Source: an uncultured Gemmatimonadaceae bacterium (GTDB lineage Bacteria; Gemmatimonadota; Gemmatimonadetes; Gemmatimonadales; GWC2-71-9). Taken from it: a stretch of DNA of 64,000 nt. This document shows, piece by piece, positions 26,102 to 36,094 of the stretch; within the stretch, counting starts at the first letter, position 1, and the number at the start of each line of letters is the position of its first letter. The translations under genes and the position numbers were made by a program. The notes under the pieces are model-generated. The model was not told the DNA's origin and did no database searches. It was given only the letters and a program-made list of their open reading frames with translations. The stretch covers positions 2,029 to 66,028 of the forward strand of contig CAZNDK010000012.1 of assembly GCA_964571795.1 (NCBI GenBank), read 5' to 3'.

Positions 26102-26757
26102 TTCGACGGGCGCACGCCCTCGTCGCGCTGGTCCTGCCGCTCCTCGCCTCACCCCTCCGCGCCCAGACGACCTCCGCCGCCACGATCATCCAGCGCACCG
26201 CCGAAACCTATCGGCAGCTCACCTCGTTGACCGCGGCCTTCGAGCAGGTGGTGAGCAGCGAGATGATCGGAACGTACAAGAGCCGGGGCACCCTCGCGCA
26301 GGCGGGGGCGTCCCGGCTCTCGATGCGGTTTGCCGACCCGCCGGGGGAGGCCATCGTCATCGACGGCACCTCCATCTGGGTCTACACCCCCAGCACGGCG
26401 CCGGGACAGGTGCTGCGGATGCCGATCGCCCGCGCGTCAGGCTATGGGGTCAACCTGCTCGCGTGGCTGCTCGACCGCCCCGCCGAGCGCTACAAGGTGA
26501 CGCTCGTCCGGCAGGACGAGGTCGGCGGCACGCCGGTCGATGTGCTCCAGATGACGCCGGTCGTCGAGGGCCTTCCCTTCACCTCCGCCACCCTCTGGCT
26601 GGCCCGGAGCGATGCCTTGCCCAGGCGGGTCGAGGTGACCGAACGGTCCGGGAACCACCGCACCCTGACGCTCTCACAGCTCCGCACCAACGCCCCCCTG
26701 CCGCCCGGCACCTTCGCCTTCACGACCCCGAAGGGCGTGAAGGTCATCGATCAGTAG
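26098..26757 (+). CDS. lolA: LolA-like outer-membrane lipoprotein carrier protein
   Basis: 219 aa with signal peptide ...LLASPLRAQ. LolA-family pattern (...[15 protein letters not shown]...[16 protein letters not shown]...[13 protein letters not shown]...[13 protein letters not shown]). Confidence 0.7.
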   Translation: MIRRAHALVALVLPLLASPLRAQTTSAATIIQRTAETYRQLTSLTAAFEQVVSSEMIGTYKSRGTLAQAGASRLSMRFADPPGEAIVIDGTSIWVYTPSTAPGQVLRMPIARASGYGVNLLAWLLDRPAERYKVTLVRQDEVGGTPVDVLQMTPVVEGLPFTSATLWLARSDALPRRVEVTERSGNHRTLTLSQLRTNAPLPPGTFAFTTPKGVKVIDQ

Positions 26758-27601
26758 CCGCACCCTCCAGTAGGCGACGCACCTCGGCCGCCGGCCCCTC
26801 CGCGAGTCCGGCCGTGCGCGCCAGCGCCAGCGCCTCGAGCCCCAGGGCCGCGTACACCAGCCGGTCGCCGGGGGCGAGGGCTGCCAGGTGGGCGGCCACG
26901 GTGCCCGCGTCGCCCCGACGGATGGCGCCGGTCAGCGCGGCGGCGGCCGGCATGCGGTCGAGGTTGTCCGCGGCACCGTGCAGGAGCGGCAGGTACAGCC
27001 GGGCGGCCGTATCCGGCGGAACGCCCGCCTGCTCCGCCAGCCGCACCGCCATGCCCATCAACGCCACAGTGTAATTGGCGACGAGCGTGGCCCCGGCGTG
27101 GTAGGCGGGCTTGGCTCGGGCGGGAATCCGCACCGGGGTCATCCCGAGCAGCGCGGCCAACCGGGTGCCCGCGGCCAGGGCGGGCTCGTCCCCCTCGATG
27201 CCGGCAAAGGCCCCGCGGAGCCGCTCTCCCGCGGTCAGGGGATCGGCGACCGTCTGCAGCGGGTGGAACGAGCCGAGTGCCGCCCCGGTGGGTGCCAATG
27301 CGCCCAGGGCATCCCGACCCAGCAGGCCAGAGAGGTGAAGCACGGCCTGCTCCGGCCCGACGCCACCCTCGGCGCGGACCCGCTCCGCGACCACGCCAAT
27401 CGCGGCGTCCGGGGTGGCGATGAGCGCGACGTCGGCGCCGCGACAGGCCGCGCCCCAGTCCCTGTCCCGGACCACCAGCGGAGCCGGCACCGGCTTCGGC
27501 GCGCGCCCCAGCAGGGTCACGGTGGACCCGGAACGCGAAAGGGCCAGGGCAATGCCCTGGCCCATCCGGCCGGCGCCGATGACGGCGACCCGGAGCGTCA
27601 C
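26744..27601 (-). CDS. Rossmann-like / DUF2520 domain protein
   Basis: 285 aa, GTG start. VAVIGAGRMGQGIALAL dinucleotide fold, then a DUF2520-type C-terminal half (...KPAYHAGATLVANY...LTGAIRRGD). Confidence 0.8.
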   Translation of the reverse strand: MTLRVAVIGAGRMGQGIALALSRSGSTVTLLGRAPKPVPAPLVVRDRDWGAACRGADVALIATPDAAIGVVAERVRAEGGVGPEQAVLHLSGLLGRDALGALAPTGAALGSFHPLQTVADPLTAGERLRGAFAGIEGDEPALAAGTRLAALLGMTPVRIPARAKPAYHAGATLVANYTVALMGMAVRLAEQAGVPPDTAARLYLPLLHGAADNLDRMPAAAALTGAIRRGDAGTVAAHLAALAPGDRLVYAALGLEALALARTAGLAEGPAAEVRRLLEGAATDR

Positions 27602-27605
27602 CCGA

Positions 27606-29252
27606 CTATTGCCTGGTTGGCGCTGGCTGACTGGCCGCCGCGAGGGAAAGCAGCGCTTGCGGCGTGGAGGCCTTGCCCAGGAGGCTCAGCGCGGTCTGGA
27701 CCTGGGGATCGTCCGCCGCGCGCCGGCGGAACTCCGCGGTCCGCCCGAAGAGGTACCGCGAGACGATGTAGCCCAACTGCTCGTTGACCAGGGCCGTGGC
27801 GCCGTCGAAGGTGGCCTGGCTCAGCCCAGTGACTCCCTTGGCCTGGAGGCGCTTGTACACCTCCGCCCGCATGGCTGGCGTCACGGAGAAGTTGGGCGAC
27901 TTGATGGTGCCCGCGTTCTTCAGCTCGAGCGCGTAGGTCGTCATGACATCCATGTAGGCCTGCGCATTGGTGCCGAGTGCCTTGCCGAACTCCCGCTCGG
28001 CGGTGGTGAGCGTGTCCTGCCGCACGATCACGTCCGGCACGATGCCGCCGCCGCCCAATACGATGCGTCCGTCGTCGGTCTTGAACTCGGGCAGCTTGAC
28101 CGAGTCGCCCTTGGCGCGGAGCACGGAGTCGGGCACGATGCCGCCGTTCTCCGCCGCCAGCATCGCCTGGAGGATCTGGTCCCGCTCGTCCGAGGCGTCG
28201 CGCTGGATGGTGCGCCCGCTGGGCGTGTACCACCGCGCAGTCGTCATCTTGAGCGCGGTGTTCTGGTCGATTCGGAAGACCGACTGGACGAGCCCCTTGC
28301 CGAAGGTCGGGACGCCGACCACCAGGGCCCGGTCGTGATCCTGCAGCGCCCCCGCGATGATCTCGGCGGCGCTGGCGGAGAAGGCGTCGACCAGGACCAC
28401 GATCGGCATGCCGGGCCAGGCCTGCGGCTTGGCGTCGGCGTATTGCTCCGAGGAGCCGGGCGCGCGGCCCCGGGTGGACACCACTTCCTGCCCCGGATCG
28501 AGGAACAGGTCGGACACATCGACCCCTTCGTCCAGCAGTCCGCCCGGATTGCCGCGCAGGTCGAGGATGAGCGAGGTGGCGCCGGCGGTGCGGAGGCTGT
28601 CGATGGCCGTCCGCATTTCCGCGGTCGAGGCCTGGCTCACGGTGGTGAGCGCGATGTAGCCGGTGTGCGGCGCCAGGAGAGTCGGCGAGGCCACCGACCG
28701 GTTGTGGATCTGGGCCCGGGTGAGCTTGAACTCGATCGGGGCGGGCACGCCGACCCGCCGGACGGTCAGCACCACCGCGCTGCCTGCCGGGCCGCGCAGG
28801 GTGTTCACGGCCTGGTCGGACTTCCACCCCTCGGTGGTCTTCCCGTCGATGGCGGTGATCTGGTCGCCGGTCTGGATGCCGGCGCGCTCGGCCGGGGTGT
28901 CAGGCAGGGGAGCCACCACCGTGATCCAGCCGTCGCGCACGTCGATCTGGATGCCGAGGCCGCCGTAGTTGCCGGTGGTGGTCTCGGTGAGCGCCTTGTA
29001 GTTGTCGCCCTGCAGGAGCACGGTGTAGGGATCGTGGAGCTCGTTCAGCATCCCGTCGGTCGCCTTCTGGTACAGGGCGGACTCGCCGACGCTGTCCACG
29101 TAATACGCCTGCACCCGCGCGAGCACGTCGTCGAACAGGCGGGCGCTCTTGTACACGCCGCCGTCGTTGTCCACGCCCCGCTGCAGCAGCCATCCGCCCG
29201 AGAAGAACGAAATGCAGGCCACCGCGAAAATCAGCCCCCACCGCTGCTTCAT
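27606..29252 (-). CDS. S41 family C-terminal processing peptidase (Ctp/Prc-like)
   Basis: ORF 27606-29264. ATG 29252 forms an ATGA overlap with the tmk stop. One N-terminal TM segment. PDZ domain (GGLGIQIDVRDGWITVVAPLPDTPAERAGIQTGDQITAIDG). S41 catalytic region (LILDLRGNPGGLL..., VVLVDAFSASAAEIIAGALQD, GKGLVQ). Confidence 0.9.
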   Translation of the reverse strand: MKQRWGLIFAVACISFFSGGWLLQRGVDNDGGVYKSARLFDDVLARVQAYYVDSVGESALYQKATDGMLNELHDPYTVLLQGDNYKALTETTTGNYGGLGIQIDVRDGWITVVAPLPDTPAERAGIQTGDQITAIDGKTTEGWKSDQAVNTLRGPAGSAVVLTVRRVGVPAPIEFKLTRAQIHNRSVASPTLLAPHTGYIALTTVSQASTAEMRTAIDSLRTAGATSLILDLRGNPGGLLDEGVDVSDLFLDPGQEVVSTRGRAPGSSEQYADAKPQAWPGMPIVVLVDAFSASAAEIIAGALQDHDRALVVGVPTFGKGLVQSVFRIDQNTALKMTTARWYTPSGRTIQRDASDERDQILQAMLAAENGGIVPDSVLRAKGDSVKLPEFKTDDGRIVLGGGGIVPDVIVRQDTLTTAEREFGKALGTNAQAYMDVMTTYALELKNAGTIKSPNFSVTPAMRAEVYKRLQAKGVTGLSQATFDGATALVNEQLGYIVSRYLFGRTAEFRRRAADDPQVQTALSLLGKASTPQALLSLAAASQPAPTRQ

Positions 29253-29884
29253 GACTGCCTCCAAAGGTCAGGCCGCCGATCCCGCACGGCGGTCCAGGCG
29301 GCCTCGAGCAACCGCTCGGCCGGCCAGGTCCCATCCAAGTGTACAATGCCCGGCCCCGTCACCGCCACATAGGCCCGGCAGATCCGTTCGTGAAACGCTC
29401 CCGATTCGCGGTCCAGCCGGTCCAGCGCCTTGCCGGCCGCTTCCTGCCGCCCCCGCCCGACCCCGGGCGGAAGGTCCAGCACAAGGGTGATGTCCGGCCG
29501 GAGCCCGCCAGTCGCAGCGTCGTTCCCCGCGGCCACCAGCCCCCGGTCGAGACCCCGGCCCACGACCTGGTACACCTCGGTGGACAGGGTGAAGCGGTCG
29601 GCCAGCACCACACGCCCCGCATCGAGCGCCGGGCGGATGACGTGGGCGGTGAGGTCGGCCCGCGCGGCCAGGAAGAGGAAGAGTTCCGCCACCGGGGCCA
29701 CCGCGTGGTCGGCTTCGAGCAACGCCTGGCGGACCGATTCGGCCACCGAGGTGCCGCCGGGCTCGCGAACCGACACCGGTTCCTGGCCCGCCGCCGCCAT
29801 CCTGGCCGCCAGGCCGCGGACCAGGGAGGACTTGCCGGAGCCTTCCGGCCCCTCGACGACGACGAACAGTCCCGGCGCGGGCAT
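29249..29884 (-). CDS. tmk: dTMP (thymidylate) kinase
   Basis: LFVVVEGPEGSGKSS P-loop, REPGGT, and the DRF motif (LADRFTLST). Confidence 0.9.
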   Translation of the reverse strand: MPAPGLFVVVEGPEGSGKSSLVRGLAARMAAAGQEPVSVREPGGTSVAESVRQALLEADHAVAPVAELFLFLAARADLTAHVIRPALDAGRVVLADRFTLSTEVYQVVGRGLDRGLVAAGNDAATGGLRPDITLVLDLPPGVGRGRQEAAGKALDRLDRESGAFHERICRAYVAVTGPGIVHLDGTWPAERLLEAAWTAVRDRRPDLWRQS

Positions 29885-30234
29885 CAGAGGGTGATGATGC
29901 TGCTCGTGGCGCCCTGCTCCATCCCCTCGCTGATTTCCTGGTTCACCTTGGTCATCAGCTTCTCGAAGTTGGCGCGGGCCACGGCGTAGGCCTGGCCGGT
30001 GGCGCTCACCTCAAGTTCCCGCACGGCGGTTTCGTAGGCGGTGGTCGTCTCCGCGTCCGGCATCTGCCCGGCGGACATCATCTGGTCCACCTTGGTGGCA
30101 AGCTGCTGGATGGCGTCCAGCTTGGCCACCGTCGGGGCGTCCTCGCGGAGCGCCTGCTCCGTGCGGCGCAGGGTCTTGTACTCGTTCGACTGCCCGATCA
30201 TGCGGCCGAGGTCTCGCGCCTTCTCCCAGATCAC
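29884..30234 (-). CDS. YlbF/YmcA-family (UPF0342) regulatory protein-like
   Basis: 116-aa helical protein: MIWEKARDLGRMIGQSNEYKTLRRTEQALREDAPTVAKLDAIQQL...FEKLMTKVNQEISEG. The family call rests on my pattern recognition only. TGATG overlap with tmk. Confidence 0.6.
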   Translation of the reverse strand: MIWEKARDLGRMIGQSNEYKTLRRTEQALREDAPTVAKLDAIQQLATKVDQMMSAGQMPDAETTTAYETAVRELEVSATGQAYAVARANFEKLMTKVNQEISEGMEQGATSSIITL

Positions 30235-31088
30235 GACGTCTCACTCCTCCGCGCGAGCACAAAGCGCGCGCGGTCGTAGAGGTCTCGGTACACGACCGGT
30301 TCCGTCCATCCGGATTCGGCCGCGAGGCGGGCCACGGCGGCCGCCCGTTCACAGTCCACTTCGAGGGCGATCCATCCGCCCGGCTTCACTACATCCAATC
30401 CGTCCACCAGCAGGCGGCGGGTGGCGTCGAGCCCGTCGGCGCCGCTCTCGAGGGCCATCGCCGGCTCCCACGCCCGCACCGCCGGGTCGAGCGATTCGTA
30501 TTCCGCCCGCGTCAGGTAAGGTGGATTGGCCACCAAGACGTCGAGCCGCTCGCCTGCGAGGGGGGCCGTCAAGTCGCCCAGGCGCCACTCTACAGCGAGC
30601 CCGGTGCGCGCGCCGTTCTCGCGCGCCTGCGCCAGCGCCGCCTCCGACGCGTCCACCGCAATCACTCTTGAGTAGCGGCCTTCCTGGGCCAGCGCCAGCG
30701 CGATGCAGCCGCTCCCGGTGCAAACGTCGGCCACGACACCGGTCGGCATTCGCTTCAGGACGAGTTCGACCAGCCCCTCGGTTTCGGGCCGGGGAATCAG
30801 CGCGCGTCGGTCGGCCGCCAGCGCGAGGCGCCGGAACCCCGCCGTCCCGACGACGTGCGCCAGCGGCTCCCCCGCCGACCGTCGCCCCACCAGGGCGACG
30901 AGGCGCGCCTCCTCGGACGACGGCAGCGCGCGGTCCAGCCGGAGCCTGGCCTGGCCCGGCTCGAGGCCCCACGCCGCCTCGGCGAGCCGCGCGGCCTCGC
31001 GTCGCGGTTCCGGCAGGCCCGCTGCGCGGAGCCGCTCCGCCGCCGCGTCGAGCGCGGACGCGAAGGTCGGCGGCGCCTCAGCCACCAC
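30231..31088 (-). CDS. prmC: Peptide chain release factor N5-glutamine methyltransferase
   Basis: ORF 30231-31118. The start is uncertain (GTG 31088/31085 overlaps the prfA stop). SAM motif DVCTGSGCIALALA and catalytic NPPY (VLVANPPYL). Confidence 0.88.
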   Translation of the reverse strand: MVAEAPPTFASALDAAAERLRAAGLPEPRREAARLAEAAWGLEPGQARLRLDRALPSSEEARLVALVGRRSAGEPLAHVVGTAGFRRLALAADRRALIPRPETEGLVELVLKRMPTGVVADVCTGSGCIALALAQEGRYSRVIAVDASEAALAQARENGARTGLAVEWRLGDLTAPLAGERLDVLVANPPYLTRAEYESLDPAVRAWEPAMALESGADGLDATRRLLVDGLDVVKPGGWIALEVDCERAAAVARLAAESGWTEPVVYRDLYDRARFVLARRSETS

Positions 31089-32142
31089 TCGCCGCCTCCT
31101 CCTGCCTGCTGGCCACACGCAGTGCCTCGACGAGTTCCTCGATCCTCCCGTCCATGATGTCGGACAGGTTGTGGAATGACAGGTTGATCCGGTGGTCGGT
31201 CACCCGGCTCTGCGGGAAGTTGTAGGTCCGGATCTTCGCCGAGCGGTCGCCGGTACCGACCATCGCCTTCCGCTCCCGCGCCCGCGCCGACTCCTGCTCG
31301 GCGATCATCCGGTCGAGCAGGCGGGCGCGGAGCACCTCCATCGCCTTGAGCTTGTTCTGCAGCTGGGACTTCTGGTCCTGCTGGCTCACCACGAGGCCGG
31401 TCGGGAGGTGCGTGATCCGGACGGCGCTGTCGGTGGTGTTGACGCTCTGGCCGCCCGGCCCCGAGGAGCGGAAGACGTCGATCTTGAGGTGGTTCTGCTC
31501 GATCTTGACGTCCACCTCTTCCGCTTCCGGCAGGACGGCGACCGTGGCGGCCGAGGTATGGATCCGCCCCTGCGTTTCGGTGGCGGGCACCCGCTGCACG
31601 CGGTGGACGCCGGACTCACGGCGCAGCTTGCCGAAGGCGTCCTGGCCCCGGACCGCGAAGATCACTTCGCGGAGCCCGCCGAGCGAGGCATCGCTTTCGG
31701 AGATCAGCTCGACCCGGAGTCCCTGGCGCTCGCAGAACCGCGTGTACATGCGGTAGAGGTCGGCGGCAAAGAGCGCCGCCTCGTCGCCGCCGGTGCCGGC
31801 GCGAATTTCCACGATGGCGTCGCGGTCGTCGAGCGGGTCGCGCGGGAGGAGCAGGTCGTGCAGCTCGGCCCTCGTGGCGTCCACCTCGGCGGGGAGGCGC
31901 TCCAGATCGGACCGCGCCAATGCCACAAGCTCGGGATCGGCCTCCTGGGCCATCTCCCGAGCCTGAGCGAGATCATCTTCGAGCCGCCGGAGCCGTTCTG
32001 CCGTGCGCACGATCGGCACCAGCCGGGCGTGCTCTCGTCCGAGGGTAGTCAGGCGCTTCGAGTCACGGGCGGTGGCGGGATCGGACAGTTCCCGGGACAC
32101 CTCCTCCGCCCGGGCCAAGGCCTGGCGGAGGCGTGCCTCCAT
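31078..32142 (-). CDS. prfA: Peptide chain release factor 1
   Basis: 354 aa with the PAT tripeptide anticodon (RVQRVPATE) and the GGQ motif (SSGPGGQSVNTTDSAVRITHLPTG). Confidence 0.97.
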   Translation of the reverse strand: MEARLRQALARAEEVSRELSDPATARDSKRLTTLGREHARLVPIVRTAERLRRLEDDLAQAREMAQEADPELVALARSDLERLPAEVDATRAELHDLLLPRDPLDDRDAIVEIRAGTGGDEAALFAADLYRMYTRFCERQGLRVELISESDASLGGLREVIFAVRGQDAFGKLRRESGVHRVQRVPATETQGRIHTSAATVAVLPEAEEVDVKIEQNHLKIDVFRSSGPGGQSVNTTDSAVRITHLPTGLVVSQQDQKSQLQNKLKAMEVLRARLLDRMIAEQESARARERKAMVGTGDRSAKIRTYNFPQSRVTDHRINLSFHNLSDIMDGRIEELVEALRVASRQEEAASGG

Positions 32143-32145
32143 GCC

Positions 32146-32364
32146 CTACTCCTTGGGGGCGTCGGTGCCTGCCTGGTACCGGCGGCGGAACCGATCCACC
32201 CGGCCTGCGGTGTCCATGAGGCGCTGCTTGCCGGTATAGTACGGATGGCACTTCGCGCACACTTCGACGTGGATCGACTTGGCGGTCGAGCGGGTCTCGA
32301 AGGAATTGCCGCAGGCGCAAATGGCCGTCAGCTTCTGGTAAACGGGATGGGTGTCGGCCTTCAT
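32146..32364 (-). CDS. rpmE: 50S ribosomal protein L31 (Cys-containing Zn-ribbon type)
   Basis: ORF 32146-32442. ATG 32364 gives [47 protein letters not shown]. 72 aa. Confidence 0.95.
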   Translation of the reverse strand: MKADTHPVYQKLTAICACGNSFETRSTAKSIHVEVCAKCHPYYTGKQRLMDTAGRVDRFRRRYQAGTDAPKE

Positions 32365-32480
32365 GGCGTGCTCCTGGGCGCTGCTGTGTGGTCGCCGAGG
32401 CCCCGAGTGGGCCAGGGTTCGCAAGCCGATAAAGATAAACAAGTTACGCGATGAATGGAAGGGGACGCCCCGCTGCTTGA

Positions 32481-32509
32481 TTGACTACGCCGGTGCGCCT
32501 AAGTAATGT
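32481..32509 (+). promoter_or_regulatory. Sigma70-type promoter candidate for the Crp-family regulator (TTGACT-17 nt-TAATGT)
   Basis: TTGACT at 32481-32486, a 17-nt spacer, then TAATGT at 32504-32509. GAGG lies 6 nt before GTG 32539. Confidence 0.45.
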
Positions 32510-32538
32510 CCCCACACTCACTTCCGGACTGAGGCCAG

Positions 32539-33216
32539 GTGCCAAGCTCCCCGCTCGAAATCCTCCGCTCCGTCCCGATCCTCTCGGGCGTGCCCGAGAG
32601 CGACCTGGCGGCACTCGCGTATGCGTGCCGGGATCGATCGTTCCCGGCCGGCCAGGTCATCCTGCGCCAGGACGCCCCCGGCGACTCGCTCTATGTCCTG
32701 ATCGACGGCCAGGTGAAGGTCGTGCTGATCGGAGAGGACGGCCGGGAGGTCATCCTCAGCGTGCTGGGCGCCGGCGCGGTGTTCGGCGAGATGTCCCTTC
32801 TCGATGACGCACCACGTTCGGCCCACGTCATCGCGATGACCCCGTGCAACGCGCTCACGTTGCACCGCGCCGCGTTCCACGAGCGGCTTCGCGCCTCGCC
32901 CGACCTCTGCATGGCCATGCTGGCCGCGCTCTCCAGCCGGCTCCGGCGCGCCGACGAGCGCATCCGCGCGCTGAGCCTGCTCGACGTCAACGGGCGCGTG
33001 GCGCACCTGCTGCTGCAGCAGGCCGCGGACGCCGGCAGCGACAGCTTCCCCCGGCGCCTGACCCACCAGACCATGGCCGAGCTGATCGGCGCCAGCCGGG
33101 AGACGGTGTCGCGCACGCTTCGCCACCTGACCGATCGCGGGGTCATCGCCATCGCGCGGCGACAGGTCGTCATCCTCGATCGCGCCGCGCTGGAGGCGGC
33201 CGTCAAGCCCACGTGA
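32539..33216 (+). CDS. Crp/Fnr family transcriptional regulator
   Basis: 225 aa with a cNMP-binding domain (…GDSLYVLIDGQVKV…GAVFGEMSLLD…RSA) and a C-terminal HTH (THQTMAELIGASRETVSRTLRHL). No N-terminal Fnr-type Cys cluster. Confidence 0.9.
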   Translation: MPSSPLEILRSVPILSGVPESDLAALAYACRDRSFPAGQVILRQDAPGDSLYVLIDGQVKVVLIGEDGREVILSVLGAGAVFGEMSLLDDAPRSAHVIAMTPCNALTLHRAAFHERLRASPDLCMAMLAALSSRLRRADERIRALSLLDVNGRVAHLLLQQAADAGSDSFPRRLTHQTMAELIGASRETVSRTLRHLTDRGVIAIARRQVVILDRAALEAAVKPT

Positions 33217-33298
33217 CCCGCGTCACGGCGCGGACGCCTCCAATCCGCCCCATTGTCGTACGGTCCGCACGGCACGGAACTGGCCCCGAATCCCGGAC

Positions 33299-34155
<857 letters not shown>

Positions 34156-34159
<4 letters not shown>

Positions 34160-34869
34160 TGCGATCCCTTACGAGGAGTGCCCTGATGATCCGATCGGCC
34201 TGGCTGACCCTCGCCTGTGGTGTCCTCGCGGGCGCGCCGCCGGTGCTGGCCCAGGCGGACCGCCCTGGGGTGGTGGTCCTGATGTTCGAGAACGGGGGGT
34301 CCTACGGGCTCGATTCCCTCGACTTTTCGGGTCTTGGCCGCGGCATCCCCGCGGCCCTCAGCGCCGATTTGTCCCGCAACGCCGCCCTCCGTGTGCTCGA
34401 CCGCGCCCAGGCCCAGGGCATCATCGACCGGGAGGGGCTGAGCCGCGGCGGGCGCGTCGACGCGGCCACCGCAGCCCGTGTGGGCAAGCAGGTCGGTGCG
34501 GGCTATGTGGTGTCGGGGACGTTCGTGGACTACTACGGCCGGGTGCGCATCGACGCGCGGCTCATCGACACCGGGAGCGGCGCCATCCTCGAGGTGGTCT
34601 CGACCGGGCAGCGGGCGCGCGCCGAACTGCCCCAGATGATCGCCGACATCTCGGCGCAGCTGATGTCGGGAAAGCGGCTCCCCGCCCTGCCGGCTGGCGC
34701 GGTCCCGACGAGCCAGATCAGCTCGGACGCGCTCGTCCTGTTCGGGCGCGCGGTGCTGGCACAGGACCAGGGAGACAAGGCCGCGGCCACGGATTATTAC
34801 CAGCGCGCCCTGAAGCTCGCGCCGAACTTCACGGCGGCGAAGGAAGGCCTTCGGTCGGTCCAGTCGTAG
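34156..34869 (+). CDS. Exported CsgG/LpoB-like domain protein with a C-terminal TPR-like helix pair
   Basis: 237 aa with a signal peptide. Motifs: VVVLMFENGG...GIPAALSADLSRNAALRVLDRAQ...IIDREGLS...VGKQVGAGYVVSGTF...RIDARLIDTGSGAIL. Tail: AAATDYYQRALKLAPNF. Confidence 0.65.
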
Positions 34870-36094
34870 CGGGCGCGGCGCGGAGCGCCCCCAGCGCCAT
34901 GCCGAGATTGGCCGGCACGAAGAACGCCAGCACGACGCCGTTCACCTGGATCGGTCCGGGAATGAACTTCAGCACGACCCCTGCCACCGACAGCAGGGCA
35001 ATCGTGACCGAGAGCGCCCGCACCCCCGCGGGCGCCGCCCCACCCCGCCGGGCCCATCCCGCCATCAAGCCGAACACCGCAAGCCCCAGCACGCTGGCCT
35101 GGAGCATGTTTTCGTTTCGGTAGGCCACCACGTGGTCGGTGAAGGCCCAGAGATAGACCATGACGAAGCCTGCCAGCCCCGACAAGAGGCTCCACAGGCT
35201 CCCGAACACCACGAACGGCGCCCGCCCCTTCCCCGCACCGCTCCGTCCCCCGGCCCACGCCAGAACGCCCCCCAGCAACACGCCACACACCAGGAACCAG
35301 CGCAGGAGCGAGGCCGCGCTCCGGGTCGCGCCGAAGGCCGGGTTCCGGGCCGGGACCATCGAGCTGGCCGACACCACCGGCAGCGGCGCGCCGCCGGCGC
35401 CGGGCACGGTGATCGGCGCGAGGTGCGCGGCGAACGCCATGGGAATGAACGACTCTTCCCAAGCGGTGAGCGGCTCGTCAGTGGCCGGGCCGAGCAGCAG
35501 CATCAGGCCGAAGTAGAGCGCCGGGTCGCCGGCGGTGAGTTTCGCCGTCTCGGAGCGATAGGTGGAGTGGGTGGGAATGTGCCCGAGCTCGCGCTCCAGC
35601 GTCCCGCCGAGCGCCAGGTTGAGGGCGTCGCGCACGCGCGTCGAGCAGTTGTCGCGATAGTAGTCGTACCGGTAGTTCCGCTGGTCGGGCTCCACGTTGC
35701 GGGCCAGGTGGTCCGCCACCCGGCGCGCCTGCTCGGGCGTGAACGCCAGCTCCTGCACCTCGATGGACCGCCCGGTCCGTTCATAGAACTCCAGGGTGCG
35801 CCCCGCGTCCCAGGCGTCGACCGCGTACAGCATGCGCCCCTGGATGAAGTTCCAGAGGAAGTTTTCCTGGTTCCAGTCGAAGATGCCGAAATTGTAGGCG
35901 AGGTCGGTGCCGTGGGCGGGGTCCGTCACCCGGATCATGTTGTGGCCGAACCGTTCCCAATAGATCGGGCCCGGGCCGACGGTGATGAGGGCGATTCGCG
36001 GGGCGCCGGAATCCGCCTGGGCGGAAGCCGGTGCGGTGGTCGGCAGCGCACCCAGCAGGGTCAGCGCGACAGCGGCCCGAAGGCCCAGCGTCAC
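34829..36094 (-). CDS. DUF4105 (Lnb N-terminal periplasmic domain) protein with a C-terminal multi-TM region
   Basis: ORF 34829-36430. GTG 36094 overlaps the upstream stop (GTGA) and gives the signal sequence VTLGLRAAVALTLLGALPTTAPASAQ. DUF4105 pattern: ITVGPGPIYWERFGHNMIRV...AYNFGIFDW...YYRDNCSTRVRDALN. Four or five hydrophobic helices follow. Confidence 0.8.
   Translation of the reverse strand: MTLGLRAAVALTLLGALPTTAPASAQADSGAPRIALITVGPGPIYWERFGHNMIRVTDPAHGTDLAYNFGIFDWNQENFLWNFIQGRMLYAVDAWDAGRTLEFYERTGRSIEVQELAFTPEQARRVADHLARNVEPDQRNYRYDYYRDNCSTRVRDALNLALGGTLERELGHIPTHSTYRSETAKLTAGDPALYFGLMLLLGPATDEPLTAWEESFIPMAFAAHLAPITVPGAGGAPLPVVSASSMVPARNPAFGATRSAASLLRWFLVCGVLLGGVLAWAGGRSGAGKGRAPFVVFGSLWSLLSGLAGFVMVYLWAFTDHVVAYRNENMLQASVLGLAVFGLMAGWARRGGAAPAGVRALSVTIALLSVAGVVLKFIPGPIQVNGVVLAFFVPANLGMALGALRAAPATTGPTEGLPSPP

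Noticed and set aside
27414-29372. 652-aa plus-strand ORF and 27598-28827 (-) overlapping the S41 peptidase gene
   Set aside because: These are antisense or out-of-frame with junk composition. The sense frame has PDZ and S41 catalytic motifs.
30041-32454. ORFs 30041-31225 (+) and 31192-32454 (+) opposite prmC, prfA and rpmE
   Set aside because: They are antisense to universally conserved genes (GGQ and NPPY motifs are present in the sense frames).
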